A stretch of 64,000 nt of DNA from Promethearchaeia archaeon (GCA_029856145.1 JAHQWK010000008.1:32001-96000); one strand, 5' to 3'. Shown: positions 24,001 to 29,123, counted from the stretch's first letter. Program-made: numbers and translations. Notes: generated from the letters alone by a model not told the origin.

Positions 24001-25458
24001 AAAGTTAATGACTTTAGATTAGCTAAAAATCAATTATCCGGTTATGATAGGACTTACCGACTGGAATTGATTCAAGATTTAATAGATAAATGTGGGCCCC
24101 TCCGACATGTATTAGCGATATCTATACGAGATTTTAACAAACTAGTGTTTAAAAAGGATCATAAATCCTTTACTGGAGGTTTCTTGAACCCAAGTAACGC
24201 TCGGGATCGCCCTATGCATAACACCATATTTGAGATTATCTACAATTCGGATGATTGGTCTACAAAGACCTTTAAGGATCTTGGAATATCTATGTCATAT
24301 AGTGAACTCAGGCAAATGAGAGCTGATATCAAGAATTTGGTGTTTGATTGGATTATTAAGGCTAAATTTCGACCTGCGCTCTTCAATACAAGACTTCTTC
24401 GAACTTCCAACTCTGTCGCTCCAGAGTTAGATCTTGTCTATTCTCTTTGGGTTGCTGCTAGGCGAAAGACTGGTAGCCCAAAGTGTGATTTCGAAGCAAT
24501 TTATAAATTACGATTGTTAGGTGATAGTCCAATTCAATATAATTTAAAGGAAGGCAGTGTATTTAGTGAAGATTCTTTGAAGCTGTTTAAGCTTACTATA
24601 CAGAAGTGGCTAAGGCGAGAAACCGACATTAGGAAACCAAGCCCAGACAGACGTAAGGTTGTTGCTTATGAAAAAGCGCTCAATAAAATCGGATTTTATG
24701 CACAAATCCGTAAGAAAGACCTCAGAGGCAGTCCAAAAGGAAGATCTCCTAGCACTCGAGGAGAATTTAATAAAGAACAAGCGAAGGTTTATAATGTTAT
24801 CCTCGGTTTGGGACGTCATTTAGGGTTCGATCCTGCTTTCTTTAGACCTGTTGAAGACCAAATGTTTGACATGAATGCTGGAGTTAAACAAAAATTGAAG
24901 GCATTAGGAAAGAAGCTTTACATATACGTCCGACATCATTTCAAGAACAATCCCGACCGTGCGTCGATCTCCATCATGGATCAGGTTATCACCCACTCTG
25001 GTACTCACTTTTACTGGGAAAATCTTATATCAGAAGATGAAGCACTCGTAGCAATCCAAGTGCTTGAAAATCTTGTAAAATATAACCGTAGGATTGATGC
25101 GACAGATATAAAAAATGAATTCAAGAAATTTGACAGGGAATATAGGTGGATTATGGCAAACTGGTTAAATGATCCAGATTTTGATGAAAATCTAAAGAAA
25201 TTTAACGATAGGAAAGATGATATTAAAGCTATGACGATTGACGAATTCATCTATACACATTATCGAAAGACGTATGATAAATTTATTAAAGTCTTACTGA
25301 AGACAGAGCATATTGGAATTCTAGCCATCATTCAAGCTATGCATCCGAATGTTGATGTTTCAGGATTGGTGAGTCTCGGGAAAAATAGCAATTACATAGG
25401 ACCTTACTCGACAGTATTTGCTGAAATCTTGAAGATGTATAAGTATCCGGTTTACTGA
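1..25458 (+). CDS. Giant secreted/surface protein (at least 8485 aa, 5' end outside window), polymorphic-toxin-like architecture
   Basis: Frame 1 has no stop from base 1 (AFKSTASHTISSSSFKVCQE...) into the listed 913..25458 ORF, so TTG913 is not the true start. D/E/Y/S/T/N-rich body with many NxS/T sequons, H-type-lectin-like repeat at the left edge, DxDxDG motifs, several hydrophobic helices, K/R-rich C-terminal ~870 aa. Confidence 0.9.
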   Translation, partial: AFKSTASHTISSSSFKVCQETAETGISTSTETIGWIAIESGKTGTFQGVKYETGRGNDGNKDGFDDDGHTFTFSQSFSSAPIIITKQNSLNAGNGAWARSYGTLSSSSHITCSEEDQVGDSERSHNDETFGFIAFEESLYSIGSTDDRFRPIWGTQNVESINTVSYGQTFPSSIDNDGNLVIDNSLKQGANFLVNTKDNSSVNNFFSDSYKFLTFDTSGYDASKYQLKNIIINITNFYTSASDFPSYQDSQSFALKNFYEEFLNDLHEFKIRVITQKENAQDEDALAYLCIGDFNTYTQTTTNYLNYEEFESNAIQGYHVSDKLEFTEDGIQLSGMSGFNTKDAPETQKFRDNFQTSTWNLLGASEPDIIFTESIEQDAMTRSLHPNSNYNSQEFDLSSFKISNPFTYCLWQDTIIKGTEIASYPDDTRYDDITYQIYGANLYGSNYEIQVQDNYDFEGAKTWDLEYLMFTDINVDSIKLYSDSGTIDETINGNTLSGTARVEDLKELYISTTDNLDHEISVDLLIYTTVVEEYETYIETQSFNYNYLTSGNNDMRELIVTRPSSLVYQGPYIYVYSTGGFDETIVTWNSRPATYDLLSQAEGLDDSTPITFPINLGKITENNYFKIDATDGGIDYYNDPPVRFTIGKKHQEGSLMYMQTNITETLKLKSAVYPSSTIITKNDQIVIDCKAATNSEVILTLFSEGEFVRNFTVIEQGNQDYSSQILVFTTNETIQFDQLQFTSTLGKEQYFVVHSIDVIAGASVIDAKLWTYDFTGRNLYSSNTVEETSSNFALFQDNLYYNLTSGWINDQYEIQIEFEFILPESEMTDVDKIDINLVGTGTGVSLGGAKFKYLNLATGPYEKIEYTNTGDTYTFSIDNVQKIFDSSSATYQVHFLITLGSSDIFTVHIDSVNAITYKEWSAQHDLYRASFVFERIHSNNNASVTIAVSDEISLTIEDSKLYINGYDNIMSFYYNCTEQQWHAYLNEETTDLLVNATESEPTPKLRIESNYNSTSYGIIVKSIESQYYKRVRDSADFEEYKSVLASYRAVQGHGEVIELDSRDANITPENTFAQVCADVDIIYSFHDDMQEENIFSYELIPTFSSSSFDNLTSVVYDETGFIFSSVSDLTIYNVTSVDGDVTKTSGDLSDLNEKDDYNWVKFDSAWNTERYDNSPEFYKTPSGASGSPSEPDDWDIRDEGTCREYTVISGTSSVKAEDIFSFNGLPSWAGSAKDKEIEVKIWWDDSIGATLKYCKLYVMDWGDPYDTDDTYVEKASFYEAQWDTRTISLASGNINRWLDYNTKLYQTKIKIETYVEASLLPALDVNIEYLYLDFKKDDKDTSAVEFEFDDLINGENDFYVYFRGKTDGLDFTSKLLIDGVEKLSFNNTFEEYAGFVSDVDSIKVWIADDGEIYHPSLDNREVILDYLVVKWVNEDINFTVYNKDSILLNSSLSHTQASSTPIDRGFVEYNQYFGKNTLHFTLKNSIQTPIFGRNNSLIYADLDLTDLDLDFTLFPDESYEDFPTEHQNVEGKNSTQYNTDILKDYNEYSNSRFKNSAIDDIQIPLMTPIEMDFGDINLDDFSDIDLEIVLDYGLALQNRAKNSEWSWRFRLIYYNYTSGAWEDFKGLLRAKNMGYERSVWDPSKNFAMYLQNPEVNDFIPILDDNDIQLKNPILIDSITNDTLSDGIFKLAFVSYILPGNLSIMGEIYQGECFSYEREDPLVPISISQTVNMLECILISESREIIYPESSVVVNLELNENLKANLSSISNLGEIVAVKGRYIDNKEILYEYPIHSYWVTAEDELAFNSPMKYLFTNVTIEYVPQLALNYNATDGYWYLPNNVFIASRNFSQPFFVSSLCVNNTFYGTYIHPDVDVGYTVGFLGNRTYVKFAENIHPDSTVKGAVHFAKVGYKYLYKFSLKDELLYSYNILNEDTPLIDGIFHIELNAGFKDVIYSELSQVACEDYQLFINITRVDTYTGETRSIGYSSIELDSSLLGYHLYNLDVSLDEFTFVSNGRDLLKEAITRGTHYDLQVTLESSISNCIVDGHLFKGMYAHELLIASFEIKTEESEMKFNGDQVQTPYIPIPQKSIILARLDTAMYQFSDLDYSFDFLIDAIRTEKYALYENIDYIFDSSQSTIILIGEYRDYSGYLFADITYKAFEWKEGSVSSLEPITLTFDNDYGRNISKFLEFSLQYNLIPGYELEKVDYTSGRLVLANEEKSSALMNIYLYNFNDNKWDKIEFVVYDDYTGTNTFSYVVDRNFITFEDYFNKTTGDEFEVKAVLAVEEVIGDYFVSQASFGITSINASIYYDTPDTEHTINPEIEFDVDLTEFFTGDSKYLEQIKVDLQFSGEIEFDSAFIFSQYALLEENYNFYIRNKYLDFEQFTLEDNTIILSREEINRLIFHDIENEKYYLRAKLEYDWTCILEMNLGSNSRLEIVSTLNLIKYDLSASYTSYETTRISAQEIDTPYDLCEIIAPDYIETDSGISVLESDNEIDIGIFGGFLRNANTRQRLMVRQQLYYTFNESTSGPQAILLDQEYTDAILRFLIPLGYLEQPYTYLINKTYFTFITDFEVIDVKLYRYNGVSDVFVANMTPHSTKVGIFEYTWDDVEGDTETTSGDTVELMFLLTDVFENTGSYRYNFTTDFNPPNPEISIGDGSESFEDCTADPTTSLTFTHTEEGLYTEYYRIIDNMLGSTTDWIKFNSTELLILDDLAILPENFTIEYNVIDAAGNENITSIYNYNYQYITFSREKSITLTDDTIDLNGFSNREISFTDTGQFNNSQNLDVYINGFRYGTAYLDSGSYRLSFGNENSKETLIAYSDSLLSDYIYSNINPLNHISWEVREDEYYAIVKHVLVDSDIVITNPLTYNITTEFELEHLYNRGFGLSDYMRIKQVYYINASDGSKIPLTLGPDFIVYEETGIVDFPEYSVVYNLYESISEVKDGIIYFEYDASPFADQLRLSNADGFFINFTMPSVYYEHTTIEKLVISLNDFAGNSFAKVYYDIDLRQYFLDNVKGQYEEDIFGLGKMMTIPLYIDLNEIAISNIDKQFDLKLLKSVSITVSDHERWPGSFIQNFENYSVMNLPYQRIGVKDIKLYNLISDTIEADEQGYVSASIMFRASDYYNLFAEAEFNIKKLDIEFTNTKAYAYNQEIDTSVDMEYSDFIELNYRWNNSLAQVLLNDIVYLPVSMINATSGEELGYSTANWITKFDYDSLSNYLTKYYYSKFEVPKTLGEIDISFSSPGTSLFNITFIDAPTIALNVTQESLSTDPIYLPETDYELEYGHTLLLEGAILDNDEYLVEDKVYNYKYQEALDGKTTHALDIVSPYGDPDFIDREEFAIYYVNDELKILPLFSTLNGRYFTNKTILDYNEDPTISYIDNSFVLNIYWRKNSTNFIHYDTNLLITHKVVNGKPISPISYSSLDSFGNDKQQNLMEIPFARYDMLTKNWVTQDTFTQQFRIDKVLLFEDVESSGTTIRGPSFEVGQNNITTGIIDIGDIYENKTDSEIFELVDEEEYSWLINTNGELVVSGLPYVSGDTFKISYYAYYPVAIPHSLNSPSSSIVYIKVINNSGYEFEFALNTDYKFSEDGYSVYFLDLYNSIIKSGNFSIFNTFEVKYTAPLTRKVDLSTNILLMLQDNLGNDIPIDVIPIDNLGFFEYEQVLREDSPLSIPLGGGKKLVHMLLSYLPLSVHNKSSGTSISISYSDPEFGNIYPYIESNSWAKPITILTIPDNVKLTMVEDPLDNIVFSQKYFEERDYVYNYNPMEALEEGEEYTKVMIDALVQQEYTFAFKLTTAEGKSINNSIVWAHIGLLPKSEKQFLNDRMVIEDLGISPYFEALGTQEITFIGPGESPNKMFGKPLLYETDGYNTNYSAYGPYYWLYSTTNENGEATFEVSFDQDYLTDFTDIFGSREGFDSVEDVVLYLRVFNSYFDWDEFEIDTPNQYLCSKDGMIYNGSTALNNYNFDKLALQDSTYVEGLIRLHKKDISVATNDYYSYQLPDADLGQNYEPLTLHLRVHEASPIPNGEATNIESLTKVYTSSELEPLPVNILKGDYTYYAAIQFYTPSGTLVETLYKAIEPAYNDGIVEIDNETVYTILDKLGPGISTLKIQILESESYKASPVIIIPIEIQPSNWIKFGQKNSQIDLINPFVSAWGVAYNGADEMPFESCYPHLIGSMWVEPFFNATGGDESIQDYIDINLDCTIYNDDGTTSTFPLQSNIMLRPGNWDGILTFDIGLGPESAFLMGLQCDLNLSFSIDFNSDKIFEDQRDVSIYLLDLRLEAYPSSSTPITTWSIYDDGFSDTTIKVKELDTVSTNTGTLDLGGTQSGVVYGQEVAFLFDNSTLDYALNAESELLNLLALDGIEVMKVAGIKDGDEYSFIKDTDYSIPYASSGILANESAIKFLGNDVPDEGTEFSITYKLKFDFDTNKYGVITLGYTSNENVSSIELQLHEDFLPTSNSSYSPLFIQFTDRFTGTGSQTEFTVNYGLSGVSSWSSDYFVIYNEQELIDNYGSFTKTVSSGRPKLTFSTAPPNQAKVNITYGIKSQYNLSYGFQKVDKPYSSSVRLIQNDDYSPSIKDEANNELATYSLSDPSMYISLDDSAEKTLLKLLNIPLLYDPEINMTFAFDGVLLDLIDSFDTDFNNLTIQFKYITNDGYYEFYSDPMVIPLDYSEISPDIVDNSYVIYYNKDLQAIYDMVGASSFDIEIILSQVGSSDNYIPYILLEEFEYISNTHIVENFGSMPLDKYGNMDTKAIVNSPHYYQTFSRPFIDSVYGSSPFNLIDGSQVTVGLQNLPNCTLISMDSDGETYNFNYLGDSSTLTVNNTNFYMIPNVAMYIDTYGIEETLYQDGYLDLYYGSGTEIDGEERYTANILMDYESSAIEDYRSSISNKVPTSWEDTYNFTNQFITTDIITVQGRVFYHQVFDLDTDTNSSSYINDIFPNYPNTIYFGLQLPDNFDVAQIKKVGEPYEYALSVHGFPTGKYQDKYCRLPETYSGPLPETEYVLTSSDYALEFYENGTAYVLFFKPANELSSYTDDENRIMIDYWINHEFLKNSDYSIHEDPNDPFTSQIDWDFAFTSLDTYHLHPDFDNDAFFTVEYSALEWEIFDSQYIHNGTDDFTFQPREYYNVSVLYTGGTSDLFSVQYIVPEGQYHDDEVLLSYLYALAQKGDDEETMEVFCVPNTETVNSIEQNAADSYNYTIYFSTIETYIKDTYGQDYELVDNSYVYVAAKYFTTQLRYSLSHTPFNYEYLSAGNNPYHIALYIDDTFIAYSYESTFDDYVEKIEDEYIYFHNRSSGEDGYIAPLSKIHLEYKFKLQPGLLDRKNFLIVTYPWTNQFNTIMDSIPAYREEYRKLSGGSIISPFEYSLSIDNKYSMYLTYRLNQRDYYEEKFEIASEHYKSSVNGYVYEFMTQELDNYVDVIEANGEEALSVYYFDGFSKMRFLDSTHYEINLAQREIVIKNDGNPLASPNGLSEFYVSFIPDGPDRTFSSYKFSYEKSSNMADTLQMPYWDVLEVEGVDVVPNLDAFYFMSENESSINNIVCYASQIAIYLSDNTEKLEFNIDGALTGFDEDIINDIHTGEFLALYIDTNIKNIESLDYLTIELYDSSDSLISGFTQMITREELELYDHNIRIELPTSTNTLKKIQFIPTFRSDDEYSSNNNIGIARYQTLQWDSELVSIMEDGQKYMHVELEHDLKTNNSQLAYIYNDKLEYLTFPENVSISYTLENYTSTISKYILHIPVKYVHPTTNETEGFREEQTLVLRYNSPVDSGIAMGIGNMYFEAKGYNYAAHPDLPKAEFMLVTANDSSVYSEFLDDYYYQNSLQLTPFDTEYNNRYKSVKIDLNLTSLYDSTGKNILNFTHLIFSVPNPTYELTISEVVILEETLDASEEYGSIDSRLWQYTEAESFIASAAPENDEYQLTLENTPIFYPSLEWLDYLTIYDEEGNYYTAGITGNDHQLHFDSATSKFTWNPSFNQFPEYFGMEFEEPLIVNPNITLYFEYATNTSWAQPILLEVENIDLSSIRVIYDYNYLLKPEFYEWYSSLYNMDHSYENIAYSFKEESEYRVVQYYYEGFTVYTSSSEYTHTFNIGDLSFENDFVNLSLYKVVGITPTLDYEILTDNTNYTITFNKATKELKITDLNSGNGLLDTFDQITVILNYSCAPISSYTEIYLRKEFNQTYLSDPKDTFYNYVDIDYKYTTTTGVLFAENSAILTSDTTSFISIDYSRNADMSASNKLIGYGSELYDNFEIYYDDTSILYVADVDMDGDPDYKLTIDVDGNGELDIIKYGIDDPQGSGEIYWHTVIQDFENYQVSVENDLGEEKRTQWFDIDDRIFARFDFNVGKLLLYALCLPLLPFYITKMMLPDVDYWAQKSVQNEVRKEEHVYVSYYSIKVDNDRDGLPDTQVDYESTDIDIYYEIMEYRETILAAKTQNIFTILGEYVARSISSLFDGPRNDIVFNKYLTKDHLESGNFSSCHWYVRANAPVLTSTYRKFTENVTTTYIDSFSKSTLTVIDFDDEGEIEEQRTYTDDFENFEVGLDEFFSDLVEEHSITDINTGQESEISFDPDLPFTHFENLTWDTQTWGPDGVPVKYDSLYVEGDGYNYTSNAFEKTIILRIPNRYSLYEDYGVTSRYKTRNSGWAEFTATGMLIRPLDGKVYYTSDAEAFAEGTAKTDGFYFYVDSDSNGFYETVYILSDTYLRTDASGLLQFNVMAIGYNYDGYHDLVPYERLGKTALPVSDLDNLGHESTKFGTDWVYNFNNLRNCRLLWEELTPLEELGLKPKDHIFEIYKLVEPSEQNSKFSSLFYDVRHETYSNAWEQYRKQLVGDIIEQVFMSVTAGILSAFVESTICIATFGFGTALAKFLGALTYFLTYTLMTKLSIDIKLQASQARERSNTFYAISQENYEPTSLNHKAPGDRYLQDSMAAALIGHPGGYYTTISGGEPGNQYTAQALVSPPNLYRVRNAFAGFGALLWGNLWNMGESDPDVFTALDFDDRNLDYLLHTSELPSYNQKEHYTYENTVRSTNLYNIYKFTTLGYLENEIKDASNNQLNTIRPTCVDGQPLYEFVDGDQYEQVLPQQVLFRPIILSERRYSKLAPVSGHLTVTTQCKDYGNTKGVDPYEMTPLEVQAGYKAKIPLMNDSFYYPLISVIIDIVKESDSETGHFAKNLIINSSYYRLDSGNLYFTKSLETIISEKYPEFETVLSQTWIEEFLDCVIYYNVHIYFEVFVPDTTEQTHQLALAQTTFYTIMDYFNQYTYAEVSANMISEIAYTETLTFWSTLISAPLIFLGSWAVKGSDQMIGKAGMELVKAGTSSMQQQIRKMLIRQVIGIALAPLQEVLQEIIQDGFMEAVIENVVDIWGYSDDLGYWLSSLATSARETTGALGRLALGIDNDTKLNFMSILSLAKARLTGDTELRTNVMNNLQQEQQADLQRQAEMGMWQKLCKSGFLKGFLMLIPSLFFGSFSFMFITSFTNMVEGATSLGPQLYSEYKARRQVNEHTEAKTELNSMLKDDPSMSMDNLWLKNMRRPSNPDIEALNNRFRELQQDPNGDTKTDLEESPIVDVSRLTNPNPKIDELIQQFKLTDKFQEIQINSWISELGQDARFESKKAELKRVAENKKTIDFAGQVEAIRKIIRNALEDYPTQLRYMDYTGVVLYDPKHIGFGFRLGPNANPKISGILQFREDFPETLSTEDYANELQKAYDVKTPLQVCLYKQGELILMPRTTQSHAEWLKQHGHNIKTDKIVLIPKSKVSSFKNKYLPTYSKGAWDSSKTSPYFAEFKLFIDAIESTLTYHSVINKRSDINTILRLSEANPSIDTLDKEIYLLSKTNLDGTPSSRVNWNKAEETLNTWLVRILNNIESSSRIAPKDKGRVIQSIKAIFNNYYEISGYKFKHPLYRDAKLTLYQVGEVLTRIGAMTTFSIEKLDELLKTVNKPGVSSLYRNLQRNSESRPRTTTVEALRDNIILAATSAGISLTKSHEKLIQDIFNAYRDKVNDFRLAKNQLSGYDRTYRLELIQDLIDKCGPLRHVLAISIRDFNKLVFKKDHKSFTGGFLNPSNARDRPMHNTIFEIIYNSDDWSTKTFKDLGISMSYSELRQMRADIKNLVFDWIIKAKFRPALFNTRLLRTSNSVAPELDLVYSLWVAARRKTGSPKCDFEAIYKLRLLGDSPIQYNLKEGSVFSEDSLKLFKLTIQKWLRRETDIRKPSPDRRKVVAYEKALNKIGFYAQIRKKDLRGSPKGRSPSTRGEFNKEQAKVYNVILGLGRHLGFDPAFFRPVEDQMFDMNAGVKQKLKALGKKLYIYVRHHFKNNPDRASISIMDQVITHSGTHFYWENLISEDEALVAIQVLENLVKYNRRIDATDIKNEFKKFDREYRWIMANWLNDPDFDENLKKFNDRKDDIKAMTIDEFIYTHYRKTYDKFIKVLLKTEHIGILAIIQAMHPNVDVSGLVSLGKNSNYIGPYSTVFAEILKMYKYPVY

Positions 25459-25509
25459 CCAAATCACTAATCCCAAACACCCCAAATATTTAAATAGCAA
25501 AAGAGATAT

Positions 25510-25956
25510 ATGATTCTTATGAGAGATAAACGAGCAATTATTATCAAGAGCCCGCGATTACAGAAAATTAGGAACAATTTAAGGCTTCTGTTGCTTAAAG
25601 CGGCAAGAACAGAACGAGAAAGATTATATAAAGAATGGAGGGGGTTTCTGGTTGGCTCAGAGGGTAAAAGGCACTCCATAAAAGAATTTTCTCCAGATAA
25701 ATTAGAACAGTTCAGAAATCTTCAAGAGCAAGAAGAAATCTTGAAAAGCATATCAGATAGATCTATTTGTAAATGTATTGCGTGCGGGAAAGCGGATCGG
25801 GACATGGTGTACAATAAGGCTTATGATGCGTGGTACTGCACAGATTGCTATGGGTTGGAGCGGTCGGTTGCTCAGAGGCGGACTAAAACGCGAGAGAGAG
25901 GATCGAAGTCATGCGAAGAGAAAGCCCTCGAGGAGCACTCCAAGACTTTTCTGTAG
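25510..25956 (+). CDS. Small basic Zn-finger protein (CxCxxC...CxxC)
   Basis: 148-aa ORF with CKCIACG and WYCTDCY motifs, 51 bp after the giant gene, followed by a T-tract. Confidence 0.75.
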   Translation: MILMRDKRAIIIKSPRLQKIRNNLRLLLLKAARTERERLYKEWRGFLVGSEGKRHSIKEFSPDKLEQFRNLQEQEEILKSISDRSICKCIACGKADRDMVYNKAYDAWYCTDCYGLERSVAQRRTKTRERGSKSCEEKALEEHSKTFL

Positions 25957-25970
25957 TTATCGCATGGTCT

Positions 25971-26007
25971 CTTTTTTGTTTTTCTTTTTTGCTTTTTGTC
26001 TTATTTT
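25971..26007 (+). terminator. Oligo-T archaeal-type terminator
   Basis: cttttttgtttttcttttttgctttttgtcttatttt just after the stop of 25510..25956. Confidence 0.55.
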
Positions 26008-26200
26008 CATGGATCTATAATTTTATAATCTATAATTATTTCTATTACTCCAAGAAAAATGCTGCGAAATTTTGCTTGTGTGGGTACTTGAATTTGATTT
26101 CTTTCTCCTATATAGATCTAAATCTTCTTAGGTCAAAGTTCACTATCTTGTGAAGTTGGGACCTCAATTTATTAATTTGATAATTTTTTTAGAACAACAA

Positions 26201-26223
26201 TAAAAAAAAGAAAAATAAAAAAA
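26201..26223 (-). terminator. Oligo-T terminator of actin gene
   Basis: A-tract on + (T-tract on -) about 50 bp downstream of the actin stop. Confidence 0.5.
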
Positions 26224-26272
26224 CTTAATATATTAATTCCCATTGGTTTTTTACATGAAACTGCTTAATGGA

Positions 26273-27418
26273 TCAGAAGCACCGGTGAATTACCTGTGGG
26301 CCCATCTCTTTATATTCTCTACGAGTAACCCACATTCTATGAAACGTCTTTAGTGAACTCAGAATTGAACCACCAATCCATACTGAGTACATACGCTCAG
26401 GTGGGGCAATTATTTTGACGTCTACACTCTCTGGGATTTGCTCTTTGATTTCTTTCGTTAATCTTTCCTTAATCCCGGGGAACATAGTGCTTCCGCCCGA
26501 GAGAACGATGTTGCTATATAGATCTCTTCGAAGATCGACGTCACATTCTGAAATGGCGCCTACAATCACATCATCTAAAGGCTCAAGTTCTTTTCCGATA
26601 ACAGAAGGGTTGAAGAAACACTCAGGTGCTAAGAATCGCTCTACACCGACGTTGATGGTCTCTCCGTCAGGGAGCATATAACTTTTCTCCATTCCAGCGA
26701 CCTTCTTACTCAGCATCATCTCTTTTTCAGGATCAATCGCCACATAGCACAGCTTCTCTTTTATATCTCTCACAATCTCTTTTTCTGCTGATGTTGTGAA
26801 AGAATATCCCTTTTGTCGAAGAAGTCTCTGTAAATAGGTTGTAATATCCCGACCAGCGAGATCGATTCTTTGAATAGCATGACTTAAGGCAAATCCCTCG
26901 AAAATTGGTACAACGTGGGATACACCATCACCAATATCTATAACACACCCAGTAGTACGACCAGAAGCATAAAGACTCAATACTGCTTGCATTGCTACGT
27001 AAAGAGCAGGTGTATTAAAAGTCTCAAACATAATTTCAGCCATTTTCTCACGGTTTGGGCGTGGGTTCAATGGCGCTTCTGTTAAAAGTACTGGATGTTC
27101 ACTTGGATCGATACGCAAGTCAGTATAAAACGTGTAATGCCAGATTTTCTCCATAGCAGTCCAGTCTTCAATGATACCATGTTCAACAGGGAACATTAAC
27201 TTTAAAACGCCTTTTAATTGCATAGCTTCCTCACCAATATAGTATTCCCGAGTATAGTGCTCAACATCAGTCATGATGCTTTCATACTTGGGATATCCAA
27301 TTAGTGTAGGGAAGACTGACCTTGGTTGATCCTCACCAGCAAATCCATTTTTGGAGATTCCGGTACCATTATCAACAACCAGGGCTTTTGCGTTTAAAAA
27401 GCTTTCTTCCTCTGCCAT
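26273..27418 (-). CDS. Actin (Lokiactin, eukaryote-like actin)
   Basis: Canonical actin motifs: [99 protein letters not shown]-terminal HRCF. Confidence 0.98.
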   Translation of the reverse strand: MAEEESFLNAKALVVDNGTGISKNGFAGEDQPRSVFPTLIGYPKYESIMTDVEHYTREYYIGEEAMQLKGVLKLMFPVEHGIIEDWTAMEKIWHYTFYTDLRIDPSEHPVLLTEAPLNPRPNREKMAEIMFETFNTPALYVAMQAVLSLYASGRTTGCVIDIGDGVSHVVPIFEGFALSHAIQRIDLAGRDITTYLQRLLRQKGYSFTTSAEKEIVRDIKEKLCYVAIDPEKEMMLSKKVAGMEKSYMLPDGETINVGVERFLAPECFFNPSVIGKELEPLDDVIVGAISECDVDLRRDLYSNIVLSGGSTMFPGIKERLTKEIKEQIPESVDVKIIAPPERMYSVWIGGSILSSLKTFHRMWVTRREYKEMGPQVIHRCF

Positions 27419-27874
27419 ATTTCTAATTCAGCTCTTAATTTTAATTATTTTTTTAATTCGATTAATTTCTTCGATTATATTATATAAACTATTTTTTAAA
27501 CAAAACTTATTGTTAATTTTTTCTTATTATTTATCCTTTAAATTGATAAATTGTAAGATTAAAATTAAAATAATAATAATGCACGCATTTATAAATTTTA
27601 TGTTATAAAAATCATTATAAATGTATGTAAAATCGCTTTTAATTATATGTACAAATCTATTTGGAATATGGTCATTTAGAACAACAAATTTCATGTTTAA
27701 CTTTAATTTATTCTTTTTGTCATCATAATTTACACAAAAATTAGTAATAATTGAAAATATCTTAATGAGAATTCAATAAAAAAACTTATTTAAATAAAAA
27801 TCTAATTAGTAACTTGATAAGAAAGAGGGTATTTCCCTAATTATATAAATTATTACGAAAGAGGATTTAAAGAC

Positions 27875-28849
27875 TTGCCAGAGAGTGGAACAATATTATA
27901 TGATTTAAATAAGGTTTTTATTCCCTGTCGAACAGTTTTAGAAATGGAGGCACTAACCTCGTTATTTCTTGAATTTTATAATTATGATAAGATCAAGGAA
28001 ATACCACAAAGCCAGCCAACAAGCCAAAAATTAATTGAAAAATTTCATGTATTAGATTGTCGACCCCTTGAACACATTATAAAATATTTCATAGATGTTA
28101 TTGTAGGCAAAATGAAACCTATTGTAATGTATGAAAGAGATCATCATGATAGATTTAGGATGGGAAATGTAGAAGCATACACAAAAACAAGATTATGTTT
28201 ATTTTTCGCGTTACATCGACTAAAGCTTAAGTTTTTAGTTATTAAGAACTTTATGGGTAAATTTAAAGATAGATATTATAAATTAGACATTTTGAAAGAC
28301 CAAGGGAATCTGGGAGCCCATTCTTTTCTTTCTGCTTTTTATGAGGATTATTACAAGAAAAATGAAATGAATCTTAAACTCATGTTATCTTCAAAAAGAA
28401 TGTCAGAAAGAGTAAGCAAATTAATGGATACTTCAGATACCATAACTAATGAGGATATAATCAATGCTATTACATTTAAAAAATTTCTTGATGATAAAAA
28501 TAGAATTAAATTTATCATGAAAGAGATAAAGGCATCTCTTTTTGTCTGTAGGGTAATGTTTGCCCAAATGGATGTATACAATCCTTTTACACTGGCAAAA
28601 GAAACTAATATTGATGCAGAGGAGATGATGATAAGCCAAGATTTCATTCCAGAGCTAATTCCTGCAATCTCTCAATGTTATGCGGAGAACCATATGCCAC
28701 AACTTGAAGATTGTTTTACCGCCTATGAATTTATGATGAATAGAGTATTAGAAGGAATAAATTTTGCCGTAGAAATCGCTTCAGGGGGGCAGATAATACT
28801 CGATTTAGATAGTACCATCTATAATACAGGAAACATCTTTGAACTTTAG
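27875..28849 (+). CDS. Hypothetical protein (324 aa), divergent from actin
   Basis: Long ORF with a TTG start preceded by GAGGA; no recognisable motif. Confidence 0.75.
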   Translation: MPESGTILYDLNKVFIPCRTVLEMEALTSLFLEFYNYDKIKEIPQSQPTSQKLIEKFHVLDCRPLEHIIKYFIDVIVGKMKPIVMYERDHHDRFRMGNVEAYTKTRLCLFFALHRLKLKFLVIKNFMGKFKDRYYKLDILKDQGNLGAHSFLSAFYEDYYKKNEMNLKLMLSSKRMSERVSKLMDTSDTITNEDIINAITFKKFLDDKNRIKFIMKEIKASLFVCRVMFAQMDVYNPFTLAKETNIDAEEMMISQDFIPELIPAISQCYAENHMPQLEDCFTAYEFMMNRVLEGINFAVEIASGGQIILDLDSTIYNTGNIFEL

Positions 28850-28946
28850 TGTGGAATAACTTTCATTAAAACTGGACTCATTAAATATTTTATAATTTAG
28901 ACTCTATTTTTCCTTCAACAATTAAAAAAATAACAAGCTTATCAAT

Positions 28947-29096
28947 ATGAAGAATGAAAAATTAAAAATGAAACGTGAAGTTTGGGAATATCTCAGGCAA
29001 TATAGACAAGCACCATATCAAAAAAGATACGTAGAATTATTAAGTATGAAAGAAATTTTTGATATGAAAAAGTGTAAAATAGAAGGAGAAAAATAA
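28947..29096 (+). CDS. Possible small basic protein (49 aa)
   Basis: Own translation MKNEKLKMKREVWEYLRQYRQAPYQKRYVELLSMKEIFDMKKCKIEGEK*; fills the gap between two convergent genes; below the ORF-track cutoff. Confidence 0.3.
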   Translation: MKNEKLKMKREVWEYLRQYRQAPYQKRYVELLSMKEIFDMKKCKIEGEK

Positions 29097-29123
29097 ATTT
29101 AAATAAATCTAATTCTGAAATAT

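Noticed and set aside
2430-25250. Short ORFs overlapping the giant gene (and those antisense to actin, hdr, LRR, lpdA)
   Set aside because: Shadow or alternate-frame ORFs of well-supported genes, with no motifs.
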